Shown: positions 26,301-39,265, counted from the stretch's first letter. The stretch is 64,000 bases of DNA from Vicugna vicugna (GCA_013265495.1 MU058658.1:495059-559058), one strand, 5' to 3'. Translations and numbers: made by a program. The notes: generated by a model not told the origin, from the sequence alone.

Positions 26301-29300
26301 GGAGCTGTGGAGGGGCGTGATCTGATCAGAGATGTTAGAAAATATCCCGAAGTATCTCTCAGGGGAAAACAAGCTAGGTTAGGGTGGAGGTAGGGAGACC
26401 GGTGAGGGGGGCCACAAACCCCCGGAATGTTGTGGAGGTGGCTGTACCTGAACAGTGGCAGGAGGGGTTGGAGAGTGGGTAACTCGTTAAATTCTGGGGA
26501 GGTTTTGAAGGTAGAACCAATGGAATTTTCTGCTGCGTCACTTATGACTATAAGTGAAAAAGGGGTGTGAAGGAATACCCAAGTTTTGTTTTGCTTTTCC
26601 CCTGAATGTCTGAAAAAATGGAAGTGGGTAAGTTGGAGCAGGGACTCCTTTCAGGGGGAGCAGGAGTTGGACTTCGGAAGTGGTAAAAATCCAAAGTGTC
26701 GTAGTAGAGGTGTCACATGGCCATCTGGAGGTGCTGGTCTGGAGTTCTGCTGAGCACGTTGGGCTGAAGACCTCTGAAGAATGAGGCCTCAAGTCAGATT
26801 TAGGGAGAGAATATGTTGCTTTACGTTGTCCCTGAGGTGAGAGATTGGAGCGCAAGGAAGAAGGGGTGAACATCCCTAAGGTTCCCTCCAGAAAGGAGAG
26901 GTCCTGGAATATGAAGGGGATATGGCGGGTGTCAGCAGGAGGAGAGGGCTGTAGGGTGTTAGGAGCCTGATGAGAGCTGGGAAGCAAGGTGTAAACTGCT
27001 GTAGATCTGCTACCCTGTGGACTCGGTGTGCCCCCTTAGGCACAGCCTGTGGAGAGGAAAAGTCTGCCAGGCTAATGGAGCAGCCCCACCCCAAACCAGA
27101 GCACTGGGACATCAGTTCCCCAGCTCCCCAGGTGAGAAGAAACAATGAACATCTCTGATGAAGGGCCACCAGTGTGCTCCCCTTGAGAGGAGTATGCTCC
27201 AGTTAGGCTGGTTTGCTGAAAGGACTTGCGTATACCTGCTAAGTATACATAAGGAGGCAGTTACAAATTAAGAATATTTATACCAATGCTTAATAATCAA
27301 CTGAAGTGTTTGCCTCTAAGTATTTGATTACAATGGAAAGTCTTAATGTTTTCTTAAAGACTTAAAAAACAAACCCAGAATTTAAAAGAACGTATTACTT
27401 CATTTGCACCAAAAACATTTGCAAGTAGGAGGTGACACTAAGGTCTGAGTATCTGAAGTTAGACAACCTGAAATCGTCCTCACCAAAGGGCAGGGCTTAG
27501 GGGAACAGTTTAGCCCGTCAGACCCCATTGTGGTAACCTGCCGCTCCCTGCTCCCTCTTCCTGCCAGGTTGCTGTGGTGGCAGAAGGGCTTATGAGCCCT
27601 ACAGAGGTGAGTGCAAAGTGTGGAGGTCCTCAGTCAGCCCAGCCCACCTCCCCGTAATCTTGGGAACCCAGTATGGCGAATAGTGGTGTCTTGGGAATCG
27701 CAACCTACCCTTTTCCCTGCCGTTGGGTTTGGGGATCCTGTTGTTACCGTTGGTGTTGTGCCGTGAAAACCGTTCTGGGATGATATGGAAGGGTTTCCAT
27801 TTCCAGCAAGCATTGGGATGAACTGTGAAACTGTCTGAGGCACGGAAACCAGCATGCGCAAATGCATGACTTGAGACTGAACTGGTCGTGTTCAGAATCT
27901 CAGGTCTCCGTTATGTCTGGTGATGAGAGAGCGGGAGGCAGGATTCAGCTCTGGAATGGCAGCCTGTGGAGCTGGGCCTCTGTTTTGAAAGTGACAGGAG
28001 CCATGGAAAGTTTGGAGCAGAGAAGGGAGTGATCTGAGTCTGGTCGTAACAGGCTTTCCCTTGCTACACAGTGAAGAAAAGACATGGGAGTGAGGAAAGA
28101 GGACTGTTGATGATGGCTGGACCAGACTGGTGGCCACAAGGGTGAGAGACAGTGCTTGGATTATGGTGGAATTTTTTTTGTGTTTGTTTTTGTTTTTAAA
28201 GTAGGACCAGCCAGGTTTTCTGATGTGGAGGATGAGAGAAAGAAGGGGAAGAGTCAGGGAAGACCCCACAGTTTTTGGTCTGAGAAGACATAAGGAAGAA
28301 GAAAATCCTCAACTGAGATAGTGAAGTTGATGGTGGGAGTAACTTTCAGAGGTAACTTACATCAGGAGTTAGGTTTTGATCATGTTCAGTCTTTGATGTT
28401 CCAAAGACATCTGGGTTGAGGTGTCATGGACACGGGTCTGGCGTTCAGAGGAGGGATTCAGATTGGTGACAGCCACAAGGGGATAGCCAGTTTGTGGATT
28501 AGGGTAGAGCTGTGTGTAAGATTTGGAGAAAGAACCTTGTGTCATGGTGGCTGTGCCATTAGGAGTCTGGGAAGCGGGTGGGCCAGTAGAGTGGAAGGAG
28601 GAGTTACCTGAAAGGCAAGCGGGAGGTTAGTCTCCGTGGTGGGCGGAGACAACAGGTCCTGGTGGTTGATGGAGTCTTCTGAGGAGAAAGCAGGCACGGG
28701 ATGGACACTGGGGTACAGGAGTCAGAGGGAGCGGTGGTGTAAGCGAGACCAAAGCTGGTGCTCATTCCCCTCCCTGTGTGCTCCCAGGGTTGTTGTGGCC
28801 ACCTTTGGTGGGACCTGGGGAGTTCCAGCCAGGCTGGCAGATTAGCTCAGGCCTAAATGGGGTCAGCTGGGGGTAGAAGGCCAGTGGGTGTGGACTCTTG
28901 AGAGTTTAGCGTTAGGTTTAGTGGTGAGCCTGTGACTGATGAGGGTATGTAGCGTTACCAGCTGACAGCAGAAAGTGGAAAAGGGCCGACTCTGTCTGAT
29001 AATCGGCCCATTGTTCGGCATTCCTGAGGTTGAATCGAGGAGGGAAGAATTGCTAAGAGCTGAGTTTGGAAATACCTATGGCAGTGGGGGCCATCCACTG
29101 GTGGGGGCCATCCACTGGTGCGATCCTGGGTGCATTAACCAGTCATTCTCTGGGTGATGCGTGCAGATGACGTCTCGGGGTGCCTATGCTGTGAGCCTCC
29201 GTGTACATGATGGAGGTGTGGACTAAAGAGTGGTGTGTATGTGGAAATGAAATCTGAATTCATGGCCTGGGGGCTCTGGTACTGAGGGCTTTAGGGGGAA

Positions 29301-29601
29301 GGTTGAGCTCAGATTTGTGTGTGGGGGAGGCATAAACCCTGGACCCCGTGGGAACTAGCTGGCAGGAGAAGGGTTGGTGTTTGCCTGCTGGGCCCAGACT
29401 CTGCAGTGTCTGTCCACTTGCTTGTGTTCCAGGCTGGACAACATGATTAATGGGAAATGAGGAAGGAGCAGGCATCAGTCACACAAGGGCCTGCTGTCTT
29501 GTCTTGATTTGGGGAGCCGGGGAGGAAGGCGGAATGCATGGTGGATAGACCGGGAATCCTGGGGAGAGGGGCTGCCCTGGCACCTGGTCATTCCCTTAAG
29601 G

Positions 29602-29700
29602 CAGGGTCATGTGGCTTTTGAGGTTGTGTCTGCATTTTTCCTGGGAGCCCTGGGGGCTCCTTGATGAGGCTCAGAGACTCTCCTGTCACAGTGCAGTGCC
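29602..29700 (+). pseudogene. Fossil KRAB-A exon in the ZNF134 intron
   Basis: QGHVAFEVVSAF, frameshift, then SWEPWGLLDEAQRLSCHSAV; the MLENY half is unrecognisable. Confidence 0.85.
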
Positions 29701-30243
29701 TTCTGTGCTGTGCTCGTACAGCCCTCCCGAAGGCCCCGCGCAGCCCAGTGTCCTGGGCTGTGTTCTGCTCTTCTACCCCCGCCGAGGTCGCCATCTCCTT
29801 CCTAGGCTGGACTGTAGGTACACGGATCACACACACACAGATCGCGCAGATCCTCTGGGTGCCCGGGCTTGGCTGTGCGCACTGCCTCCTCCACTCCCCA
29901 TGCTGCCCAACTTCTGTGGCTCCAGACTTGCCAGGAACGATTTGAGGGTCAGGAGTCTTGTGGTCTGCCCAGTGGGTACCACCCTGCCTAGCCTCTTCTG
30001 GGTGGATGGCCCTGTCTGCATTCATGATACCTCTGTGCTCTGGGTTCTGTCCCTTCCTTTTAATTGACATTCCCGTGAGCCTACCTGTGTAATGAATTAC
30101 AGTCACAGTCACTGCTTGTGGGTCCCACTGGGCTGTTCCTTCAAGACTTTCATTTTGTAATACTTAGTTTTCTCTTGACCTCCCATGGGTGGGCTGCCCT
30201 AGACCAGTGCTTTCCCACTCGCTTGCCCTGTCTGTCTTCTGTA

Positions 30244-30358
30244 ACTTGTATTTTCTAGATCCTCTGTGGTTGCCGAACTGTAGCAGGAGAAAGAACTCTG
30301 AGTGCCTGATTGAGATGTCACGACTCTAGCCATCGGAGAAGGGGCTAGCACGGGCCTG
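30244..30358 (+). pseudogene. Fossil KRAB-B exon of ZNF134 (possibly still a 5'UTR exon)
   Basis: LVFSRSSVVAEL*QEKEL*VPD*DVTTLAIGEGA; donor CTG|GTGAAT; the tail matches my recollection of the human N-terminus MTLVTAGGAWTGP. Confidence 0.75.
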
Positions 30359-30679
30359 GTGAATGGGAGTTTGGGGGGGGGTCGTGACGTCAGGGATGGG
30401 TTCAGATAGCACCGGAAGCCTGTCCTGTGCCCACTCCTGTTCGCTGCTCCGGCTGTCGGCCACCCCGTATTTCTCTTTTCCCTCCACGTTCTGGACACTT
30501 CACGCACTTGTGATTTCTGTTCTGGTCTGTGACCCAGGACTGTCCACCCCACTCACCAGTGCTCTCTCCTGCTCCCCCTGTAGGACTCTCTGCTGTTGGA
30601 CACCGCTGATGTGTCATGAGACACACACATGTCCTGAGATGGTTTTTGAATACCAGTTACTCATTTTAAAACACATTTT

Positions 30680-30975
30680 CTACAAACAGAAGCAGACTCA
30701 CAGACATAGTAAACAATTTTATGGTTATGAGGGGAAAGGGAGTAGGAAGGGGTAAGTTTGGGAGTTTGAGATTTGCAAATACTAACCACTATATATAAAA
30801 ATAGATTAAAAAAACAAATTTCTACCATATAGCACAGGTATTCAAAATCTTGTAATAACCTTTAATGAAAAGGAATATGAGAATGAATATACGTGTGTGT
30901 ATGCATGACTGGGACATTGTGCTGCACACCAGAAATTGACACCTTGTAACTGACTGTACTTTAATTAAAAAAAAA
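30680..30975 (+). mobile_element. L1 3' end
   Basis: L1 3'UTR (AGACTCACAGACATAG...TGACTGTACTTTAATT) with an A tail. Confidence 0.88.
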
Positions 30976-31395
30976 TCAAGTTTCCTAGGCTTGGCAGGGA
31001 AAGTGCTCCCCTGTCACCAATAGCCAGGGCCCTTCTAAAAGTCATTTGCAGGGTGCGAGTTGTAGATCTTGCCGGACTCTCCCTCCTGAGCCACAGCCCA
31101 GCCTGTGTCTTTGTCTCTTGCAGAGCCTTCCCCATTCTGTGACCCAGAGAGTCCAGAACTGCACAGCAGCTTGTTCTTTAACCTGATCCCAGATCTCTTG
31201 TCCTGCCAGCAGTCCTGTGGACTAAGTCCTGGGCATGCTAGACACACGTCCCACTGAAGTCAACATGCTTCTAATGGCAGTTTTCTGCTTTCAGGTAGTT
31301 GGCATGGAGTGGAGAATGAAAAGGCACCTCCCGCGCAGAGCATTTCTGTGTGAGTGACACGTGCTCATACGTCCAAGGCAGGTGCGTCAGCCCAG

Positions 31396-32532
31396 ATGGC
31401 TCACCCTTGTGAGTTATGTGGCCCCGTCTTGAAAGATATTTTGCACCTGGATGAACACCAGGAAGCACACCATGGACTGAAACCTTATACTTGTGGGGCG
31501 TGTGGGAGACAGTTCTTGTTCAGCGCAAACCTTGATCAGCACCAAAAGCTGTACAGTGTAGAGAGACTCTTAAAAGGAGACAAAGGCAAGACCTCGTTTG
31601 TGAAGAACTACAGAGTTTGTGAAGAACCTCTCCTGCAAGAGAAGCCCTTTGCGTGTGAGCAGGAGCAGAACTTGCAGGCCGGTTTGGGCAGTCACCAGCA
31701 AAAGGCCACCCACAGCAGAAGGAAGACAAGGAGCACTGAGAGCGAGGAGGCCTTTCACGTCGGCCAAGTGCATTACAAGTGCAGTCAGTGTGCGAAAGCT
31801 TTCAGCCGCAAAGACACACTTGTCCAGCACCAGAGAATCCACACTGGAGAAAGGCCTTACGACTGCAGCGAATGTGGGAAAGCCTTTAGCCGCAAAGCCA
31901 CACTTGTCCAGCACCAGAGAATCCACACTGGAGAAAGGCCGTATGCATGCAGCGAATGTGGGAAAACCTTTAGCCGCAAAGACAACCTTACTCAGCATAA
32001 AAGAATTCACACTGGAGAGATGCCTTATAAGTGTGGCGAGTGTGGGAAGTACTTCAGCCATCACTCCAACCTCATTGTCCACCAGAGAGTTCACAATGGA
32101 GCAAGACCTTATAAATGCAACGATTGCGGGAAAGTCTTCAGACACAAATCCACGCTTGTTCAGCATGAGAGTATCCATACTGGAGAAAATCCTTATGTTT
32201 GCAGTGACTGTGGGAAGTCCTTTGGCCACAAATACACCCTCATTAAACACCAGAGAATTCATACTGAGTCAAGACCTTTTGAATGCATCGAATGTGGGAA
32301 ATTCTTTAGTCGCAGCTCTGACTTTATTGCACACCAGAGAGTTCACACAGGTGAGAGGCCTTTTGTGTGCAGCAAATGTGGGAAAGATTTCATCAGAACC
32401 TCCCACCTTGTTCGGCACCAAAAAGTCCACACTGGAGAAAGGCCATATGAGTGCAGTGAGTGTGGGAAGTCGTACAGCTTAAGCTCCCACCTCATCAGGC
32501 ACCAGAAGGTTCACGCTGCCGGAAGGCTTTAG
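31396..32532 (+). CDS. ZNF134: Zinc finger protein 134 (KRAB-less C2H2 protein), 378 aa from the first in-frame ATG
   Basis: Open frame with one N-terminal, one degenerate and nine tandem fingers. Helices [54 protein letters not shown] and the C-terminus AGRL match human ZNF134 as recalled. Exon acceptor at 31294/31295. The start is inferred because TGA 31351-31353 closes the upstream frame. Confidence 0.9.
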   Translation: MAHPCELCGPVLKDILHLDEHQEAHHGLKPYTCGACGRQFLFSANLDQHQKLYSVERLLKGDKGKTSFVKNYRVCEEPLLQEKPFACEQEQNLQAGLGSHQQKATHSRRKTRSTESEEAFHVGQVHYKCSQCAKAFSRKDTLVQHQRIHTGERPYDCSECGKAFSRKATLVQHQRIHTGERPYACSECGKTFSRKDNLTQHKRIHTGEMPYKCGECGKYFSHHSNLIVHQRVHNGARPYKCNDCGKVFRHKSTLVQHESIHTGENPYVCSDCGKSFGHKYTLIKHQRIHTESRPFECIECGKFFSRSSDFIAHQRVHTGERPFVCSKCGKDFIRTSHLVRHQKVHTGERPYECSECGKSYSLSSHLIRHQKVHAAGRL

Positions 32533-33015
32533 GGGCGCCTCCAGCACAGCAGGGCCGCGGAAGGGATTACCCTTCAAGAGGGAGCCGTCGATCGGATGTT
32601 GAGCTTCATACGTCTGAACCTCGACACGGGAGACCCGAGGGCCAGGCACAGGGGAGACCCACTCAGGTCCCTTGCCTCGTTTGTCAGTGTCGGTGCCCGT
32701 GCCTGGAACCATTTCAGCCTGACCAGCTTAGTTACCCTGATACCCTCAGCGGAGGCGGAACTTTGTACTCCCTCCAGTCCCTGGAGGGAAGTGTAAGAAA
32801 TGTGAGTTAATGGGGGTCCGTGTTTCCTCCGCTCTGGAAGACGTGTGGACATGGCCCATCTAGAACCAAGAGGTCCTGAGCTGTGTACTGGTAGCAGAAA
32901 AGCTTTACTTCGTGGACGCTGTTGGTCTCACATGACACTTGGGACAGACTGTTCCAGCCTGCAGGGCACCCAGCCTGGGTCACTGCTTGTCTCATGTTGC
33001 TCTGGTTTGTGTGCG

Positions 33016-33021
33016 AATAAA
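33016..33021 (+). terminator. Probable ZNF134 polyadenylation signal
   Basis: AATAAA about 480 nt after the stop codon, in a context homologous to ~14000 of the paralog. Confidence 0.6.
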
Positions 33022-34194
33022 GACTTCGTTATCTAAGCCGCCTTCGACCTTGGAGGCTCTTTGCGCTGTTCGGAACGGTTTGGGAGCACTTAGGGTTTGC
33101 TAAACTGAAGAGGTGACCCGTGTGGGGGTTTCCAGCTTTGCCTCAGGTGGAGCAGCAGGTTGGCAGAGGACAGTTCTCAGTCCAGTGTTGGTGTTAGTTT
33201 CCATTGCTGACAGAGGCTCAGGTGGGAATTCAGGCCATTGCGGGCCTGATTTTGTCTAGATTTCAGTTACTAGAGGGGCCAGACATCGCCTTGAGGAGGG
33301 TGCTGTTGTAACAACCTACAGTGTTCGGAAGCGGTATGGCTTGAGTGTCTTGTTTCCACCATGTGTCCCCCGTTCCCCGGCGCCGTTGAGGGGTAGCTCT
33401 TCCTCTGGACCTGCCAAGCGCCCTGTGCCCTGCAGGCCAGAATCGGTGCACAGGCCGCTGGCTGGAAGACCTACTGTGTCCAGGAAGGAAACAATTGGGA
33501 CAGAAACACTGGTGTGAATGATTGGGATTGGAGAGACTGCAGCGGACGAGAGCGGGTGTGCCTGTGAACAGACATCCACACACATTCCGGTCCCTGGCTG
33601 AGAGGTCAGGGTGTGCAGACGCTCCCCTGATCTCCAGGGCCGGGTCCCTCCTGTGACCAGGGTCCGTGGTGGAGCGAGGATGTAGTTTTCTTCAAAGAAG
33701 GTAGTTTCCTTCAATTTCTGTGCCTGCCTAGGCCCTTCACCTGATGTCCCTGCTGCACGGGCAGGAACCCTGGGGCTGAGAATAGGGGTGTAGTGGGCGT
33801 GCGGTGTGCGGCACACGCCTAACGTGGTAAGCCTCAGTAGACGTGCACACGTTGGAAATCACGCCCGGAGATGTGATGCTGGGCATCCCCACCACCCCAA
33901 CGTTACCTTGTGCCCCTCAGGATCCCCCCAGTGCCATCCCTAGGGAACCGTTGATTGAATACAAGTAGATTTGCCTTTTCTAAAATTTTATCTAAGCAGA
34001 ACCATAGTTTATTTTTGTCTGCTGTGTTACATTATTTTGAGAATCATCTATTGTGTGTATGAATAGTTCATTCTCTTTATTGCTGAGTGATATTCTCTCT
34101 ACATATACCACACCTTATCAGTGTATCTTAACTGATATTTAGCCCCCCCCCCAGATTCTAAATATTAAGAATAAAGTTGCTGCAAATAGTGTTC

Positions 34195-35230
34195 GGCAAG
34201 ACTTTTTATGGACATTTAGCTGAAAGAATTTCTCAACAAAAGTGTTGGAAATGTGGCTTTGTTTTTCTTAGTGATTATAGAAAAAAATATGACAGGGAAA
34301 AGTAAATACAGGGAAGAATTAGTAAATGGAAAAGACCCAAGACTTGATTTGGGAAATTCTCAGCACATTTTTAATTGTGAAAGACAACGAAATTAAGACA
34401 TCCATGGTCCGGAAACCGTGTCCTAGAAAAATAACTGAGGGTGTGGCTGCACAACCTTTCATGATATTTCAGCCAGATCAAAAGATACTAAGTCTGATTT
34501 GACACAACATTGTACAGTGACTATAACTCAGTAAAAAAATGTTAAAAAAAAAAAGGTATTGAGTCTAATGAGCTTAATTGTGTGATTAAGCAAGTGCCCT
34601 CAGTATAACCGGAGAGCCTTTAGGAAGCTTAAAGGTGTTCCTCAGCTGTCTCGGCAAAAGCCAGAGATACGGGTTTATCTGGGGAAAAAAATCTGTAGAC
34701 CAGCCTCTTGTCCGATGGAGTGAATCTCTGATACTTACAGGAGACCCTTAACGTTCTTGAAAATTTTATTTTGCTAGGAATACACTGTGGATCTAAAGAG
34801 CATGAAATTGAAGGACGGAGGACCTCCAGTACTCTGCGTGTGACACTGGCTGAGAAACCTACAGGCTGCAAACCTTGTTCACTTTCACGAGAGGACACAT
34901 GGTAGCAGCAGATTACAGTCCAGAAGGGCGCTTTGGGGCCGGTGGGCAGAATCCTGCACCACAGGTGGTATCTCCAGGCCTTGATACCGCATGTAGTCTA
35001 TCGAGCTTGGTTTCAAAATGTCTTGGGACGGGTGGCTCTTTTTCTCCTTCCATTTTCTCCCCCTTTGAAACTGTGTATCTTTAAATATACACATATAATG
35101 AATTCTAGGTCTGTTCCACTTTATTTGGGGAATAGAGACCTTGTTTTTAGCTTTAGAGATCTGCAGATGGAGAAGATCTGTGCCCCAGGGTGGGTTACAC
35201 CCAGAGCTTCACCTGTGCCTGATTTGAATA
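34195..35230 (+). mobile_element. MaLR (MLT1-type) internal sequence with a short L1 tail insert at ~34495-34555
   Basis: TTAGCTGAAAGAATTTCTC...GGAAATTCTCAGC resembles MaLR internal sequence; the insert has TSD AAAGATACTAAGTCT/AAAGGTATTGAGTCT. Confidence 0.6.
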
Positions 35231-35885
35231 ATTCGGTGATAGAGCGTATGCCTAGCACGCACAAGGTCCTGGGTTCAGTCCCCAGTACCTCCATTAAAGA
35301 ATAGAACTGCCAGGGGGCATCATACCAAAAAGATGCCTGGAGCTCGGGTAGAGCTGCAAACGGTCTATGTTACCATAAATGTAGGTGCGTTTTTAATGCA
35401 GGTCATTATTTGTACTTTGGAAATGTGCTACACAAGTTAATAAACAATATGCTGATTTTACATTATTTTTCCACTAGGACACATTTAAGTTGAGGTACCA
35501 TCGATTTGTAAAATTATGCACGTTTCCTGTGTACATTACATTTCTACTTCTGCAAACCCTGTCTTGTGGTCACCACCAAAAATTGTTTCCATTTGTGACC
35601 CTGCAGCTGAGCCCCTTCACCCATTTCACTGCCCCTCCCTCCCCACCCCTCCTTCTCTGGTAACCACTACTCTGTCTCTGTATCTATGTGTTTCATTTGG
35701 TTCATTCATTTATTTTATTCAGTTTTATTGCTTATTTGTTCATTTTTAGTGTATCACATATGAATGAAATCATAGTATTTGTCTTTCTTTACCTGACTTA
35801 CTTCCCAGGTGATGTTTTGAATTTAGTTTTCTTGAGTGGAAAATATTCATCAAAAAAAAAACGTCCATTTAAATAGGTTTTAAAA

Positions 35886-36598
35886 CCCTCTTACACTGCT
35901 GGTGGGAATGCAGGTTGGTGCAGCCACTGTGGAAAACAGTATGGAGATTCCTCAAAAGACTAGGAATAGACTTACCATATGACCCAGTAATCCTGCTCCT
36001 GGGCGTATTTCCAGAAGGAACCCTACTTCAGAAAGACACCTGCACCCCAGTGTTCATAGCACTATTTACAACAGCCAAGACATGGAAACAGCCTAAATGT
36101 CCATCAGCAGATAGACTGGATAAAGAAGCTGTGGTATATTTATACAATATTTATATAATTTATTCAGCCATAAAAGTGACAACATAACGACATTTGCAGC
36201 AACATGGATTTTCCTGGAGAATGTCATTCTAAGTAAGCCAGAAAGAGAAAGAAAAATTCTGTATGAGATCGCTCATATGTGGAATCTAAAAAAGAAGAAG
36301 AAGACAAAGACAAAATAGAAACAGACTCATAGAATACAAACTTGTTGCCAAGGGGGAGGGGAGTGGGAAGGGACAGAGTAGGAGTTCGAAATTTGTGGAT
36401 ACTGACAGGCATATGTAGAACAGATAAACAAGATTATACTGTGTAGCACAGGGGAATACATACAAGATCGTGTGGTAGCTCACAGAAAAAATGTGATAAT
36501 GAATATATGCATGTTCATGTATAACTGAAAAATTGTGCTCTACATTGGAAATTGACACATTGTAAACTGACTATAACTCAACAAAAAAATGTTTAAAA
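35886..36598 (+). mobile_element. 5'-truncated L1
   Basis: [16 protein letters not shown]...DLPYDP...; L1 3'UTR; TSD ATAGGTTTTAAA on both sides. Confidence 0.95.
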
Positions 36599-37608
36599 AG
36601 ATAGGTTTTAAAGTAGAAAAATGCAAACTTGATATAATGAATTATCTTGATGTTAAAAAGGCACTGCTTCATGAATAAATTTACTATGAAAAACTATTTA
36701 AGATCCCGAAAGACCTATAAAAGAGAAATATTTTCTTTATGGAATGAAAAAAAAATCTGGAGCAATAGCTTAGGGAACCCTGAGCTCTGTTCCCTATTTT
36801 ACTGTTAATTCTGTAGCTGTGAGCAACTAATTTAACTTTCCAAAACCTCTTCCTCATTTCGATAAAGAATGAACAATACTTTCCAGCTATGTCAGTAACG
36901 GGGATGCCCTGTTGGATGATGTTTATTTAGTCCGTTAAGCTCTGTAGGTGGGAAGACAATGCTACAATATGAGCACAAGCTGTTGCACAGCTGTTATCAT
37001 GAATTGCTTATTTTTTTAAATATGTATTTTAAAAGATACTTCTTTTAGGTCTGTTATGTGTAAGGGACCAAGTGACTTGTCCTTCCTGGCAGATTATAAA
37101 CCCCTGAAATGCAGCTTCCATTTTTCATTCACAATTGTGCCCTGTCTGTTCAAGACCTTGCCTTGACTCTTCTACATGGGAATAATCAGCCAATGTTTAT
37201 TTAGACTGTAAATATGGATGACACAGGCTCATAAGTCAGCCTTAAGACTGTGTGCGTGTGTGTGCGCGTGTGGATGGGGGATGCGTGCAGACGGGGGATG
37301 CCTGTGGTTGGTGGAGACAGGCTGCATCAGGAGGGACTTTGCTTTGAACAAGAGCTCTCGACTTTATTTGCCTTTACATTTATTCCCTTCATGATTAAAC
37401 TGTTTGCTTTACCCTCAAAAAAAAAATGTAGATGCGATTGTCTACAGACCAACAGGTGGGATCTTCAGAAATATATCACTAGGTAGTGGGACTTGTAAAT
37501 AGAGTCTCAAAATCTGCTCTGGACTCACCCTGAGAAGAATTAAGAACAAGCCTCTGAAGGAAAAACTGTTGCCAGGTACCTTTACTGAAACCCCTGTCAA
37601 AACCTGGC

Positions 37609-37992
37609 TGTGAGCTGGCCTTGAGATGAGTTAAGGCCGTGGGACCCAAGGCCAAGATCAGAGCATGTTTCTAGTGTGCAGTAAATAACTGCTGTACGCA
37701 TGCGTCAATTATATAAGACTTAAAACAAAGAAAGTAGAAGTATGCATGCGCTTGAGATGCTCTGTAAACCTAATGAACAAAGAAATTCACGTTGCACACG
37801 TGCCGGCCGAGAACAGATACAAAGCAGGACAGGTGCATCACAGGCGCGCACCTCCCTGTGGCAATAAAGTGCTGTTAACCCCGTGGTGTCTCCGGCTGAA
37901 GTCTGTCTGGCGGTATGGCAACTCCTCGTGCATCTGTTCGTTTTGGGGCCGCTCACTTCCTAGAGCCCCGCGTCAGCCCCCCTTGGCTGACA
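37609..37992 (+). mobile_element. Solo LTR, same family as 21244-21625, opposite orientation
   Basis: TGTGAGC...GCTGACA; TSD CTGGC/CTGAC; AATAAA at 37863. Confidence 0.92.
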
Positions 37993-38639
37993 CTGACCCT
38001 ATTTAAACGGATACAGCAAATGCCACACTCAGTGTATAGTTTATCTTGTCTGGTACCCAATGAAGAATTACTGCACACACAAAGGAGCAGGAATTTAAGA
38101 CAGCAAATTAGCATAGTGAGAAAACCAATAGAAGCAAACAAAAATGACAAGAATGATAAAATCAGCAGACGAGTATGTTAAATATAAATATCCTACATTT
38201 GTTTTTCGCTGTATGGGGATAACAAGTTGACTAAGGAAAAGATGTGGAAATAGACATGGAAATAGACCTGTGGAACTTGTGGGGAGTATAATGTAACACC
38301 GAAAATATGCTGTGGGGGGTGAAAAGCAGATGAGACAATGCAGAAGGAAAAGTTCAGTGAATTTAATGATGTAGTTATAGGGATTATGCAAGATGAACCG
38401 CGTCGGGAGAAAATGGACCAACAGTAACAGCCACAGTGACTTGCAGGAAAACACCGAGTGGCCTGGCAGACGTGTATTTGGAACGGCAGGAGCAAGAGCA
38501 CACCGAGAAAGAAAGAGAGGAAGGAAGGGAGGAAGGAGAGCTGAGACATCCCTCTGTTTAGGACTGAAAAGCAGACAGCAACCGTCAGAAGCTAGGCAGA
38601 GGCAGGGAGGGGTCTTCCCCAGAGCCTGCCAGCGTCCTG

Positions 38640-39150
38640 CACAAGGCACGGACGTTTTTTAGGGCGAGTCTGCGACCCCCGGGACCGTCACTGCCCAGCG
38701 AGGCGCTGAGCTCGCGAGTCCGCACCCTTTGCGCCGCTTCCCGTCCTGGCCGCAGGCGTCCGCTTGGTACGCGGCTGCTCTTCTCCAACAGCCGTTAGGC
38801 TCTTAGAAGGAATGCAACGCACCTCGTATTCCCGGGAGGAAACGGTGCGTGGAGGAAGCAGCTCTGCCCGCGGGCGTGGGAACCTGGAAACAGACGCAGG
38901 GAGGGCGGCGCTCTGAGGCCCGCGGCCCGCGCCGCCCGCCGCCCGGCATCAGCCTTCCGTCTTCCCCGCCGTCTGAAACCGCCTCTGCCTGACTCTGGAT
39001 TGCCTCTACTTCCTCGAAGACTCTTCTCTGCAGACCCAGGAAGGGCAGGGAGGGAATGTGCGTCAGCCCCCAGTCCCGAGTGGACGCCTGGGGCCCCCCA
39101 GGCACCCAGAGCTGCCCTGTGGGTTCTTCCGCTCTGGGAGCCCGTTGTCC
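38640..39150. promoter_or_regulatory. Orphan CpG-rich island next to an MLT1-like LTR fragment (~38560-38660)
   Basis: High GC and CpG density; no associated coding exon seen. Confidence 0.45.
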
Positions 39151-39265
39151 TCAACTGGTCGTGATAGAGGGTCTAACGTTTCCACCCTCGGTGGGCAGTC
39201 ATACGCCTCCACCTCTCTGTGTACAAGTAACTCTCGCTAAGGGGTATGAGCCTTAAAGAATGAGG

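Noticed and set aside
29086..29120. 17-bp tandem duplication GGGGCCATCCACTGGTG
   Set aside because: Ordinary intronic slippage duplication with no further structure.
31570..32262. 230-aa antisense ORF and 287-aa alternate-frame ORF (31619-32482) over ZNF134
   Set aside because: Typical by-products of repetitive C2H2 codon usage; the same pattern appears over the pseudogene (12716-13105).
37746..38006. Identical peptide MRLRCSVNLMNKEI... encoded here and at 21273-21569
   Set aside because: Both lie within the same LTR family; identity reflects the shared DNA tract, not evidence of coding.
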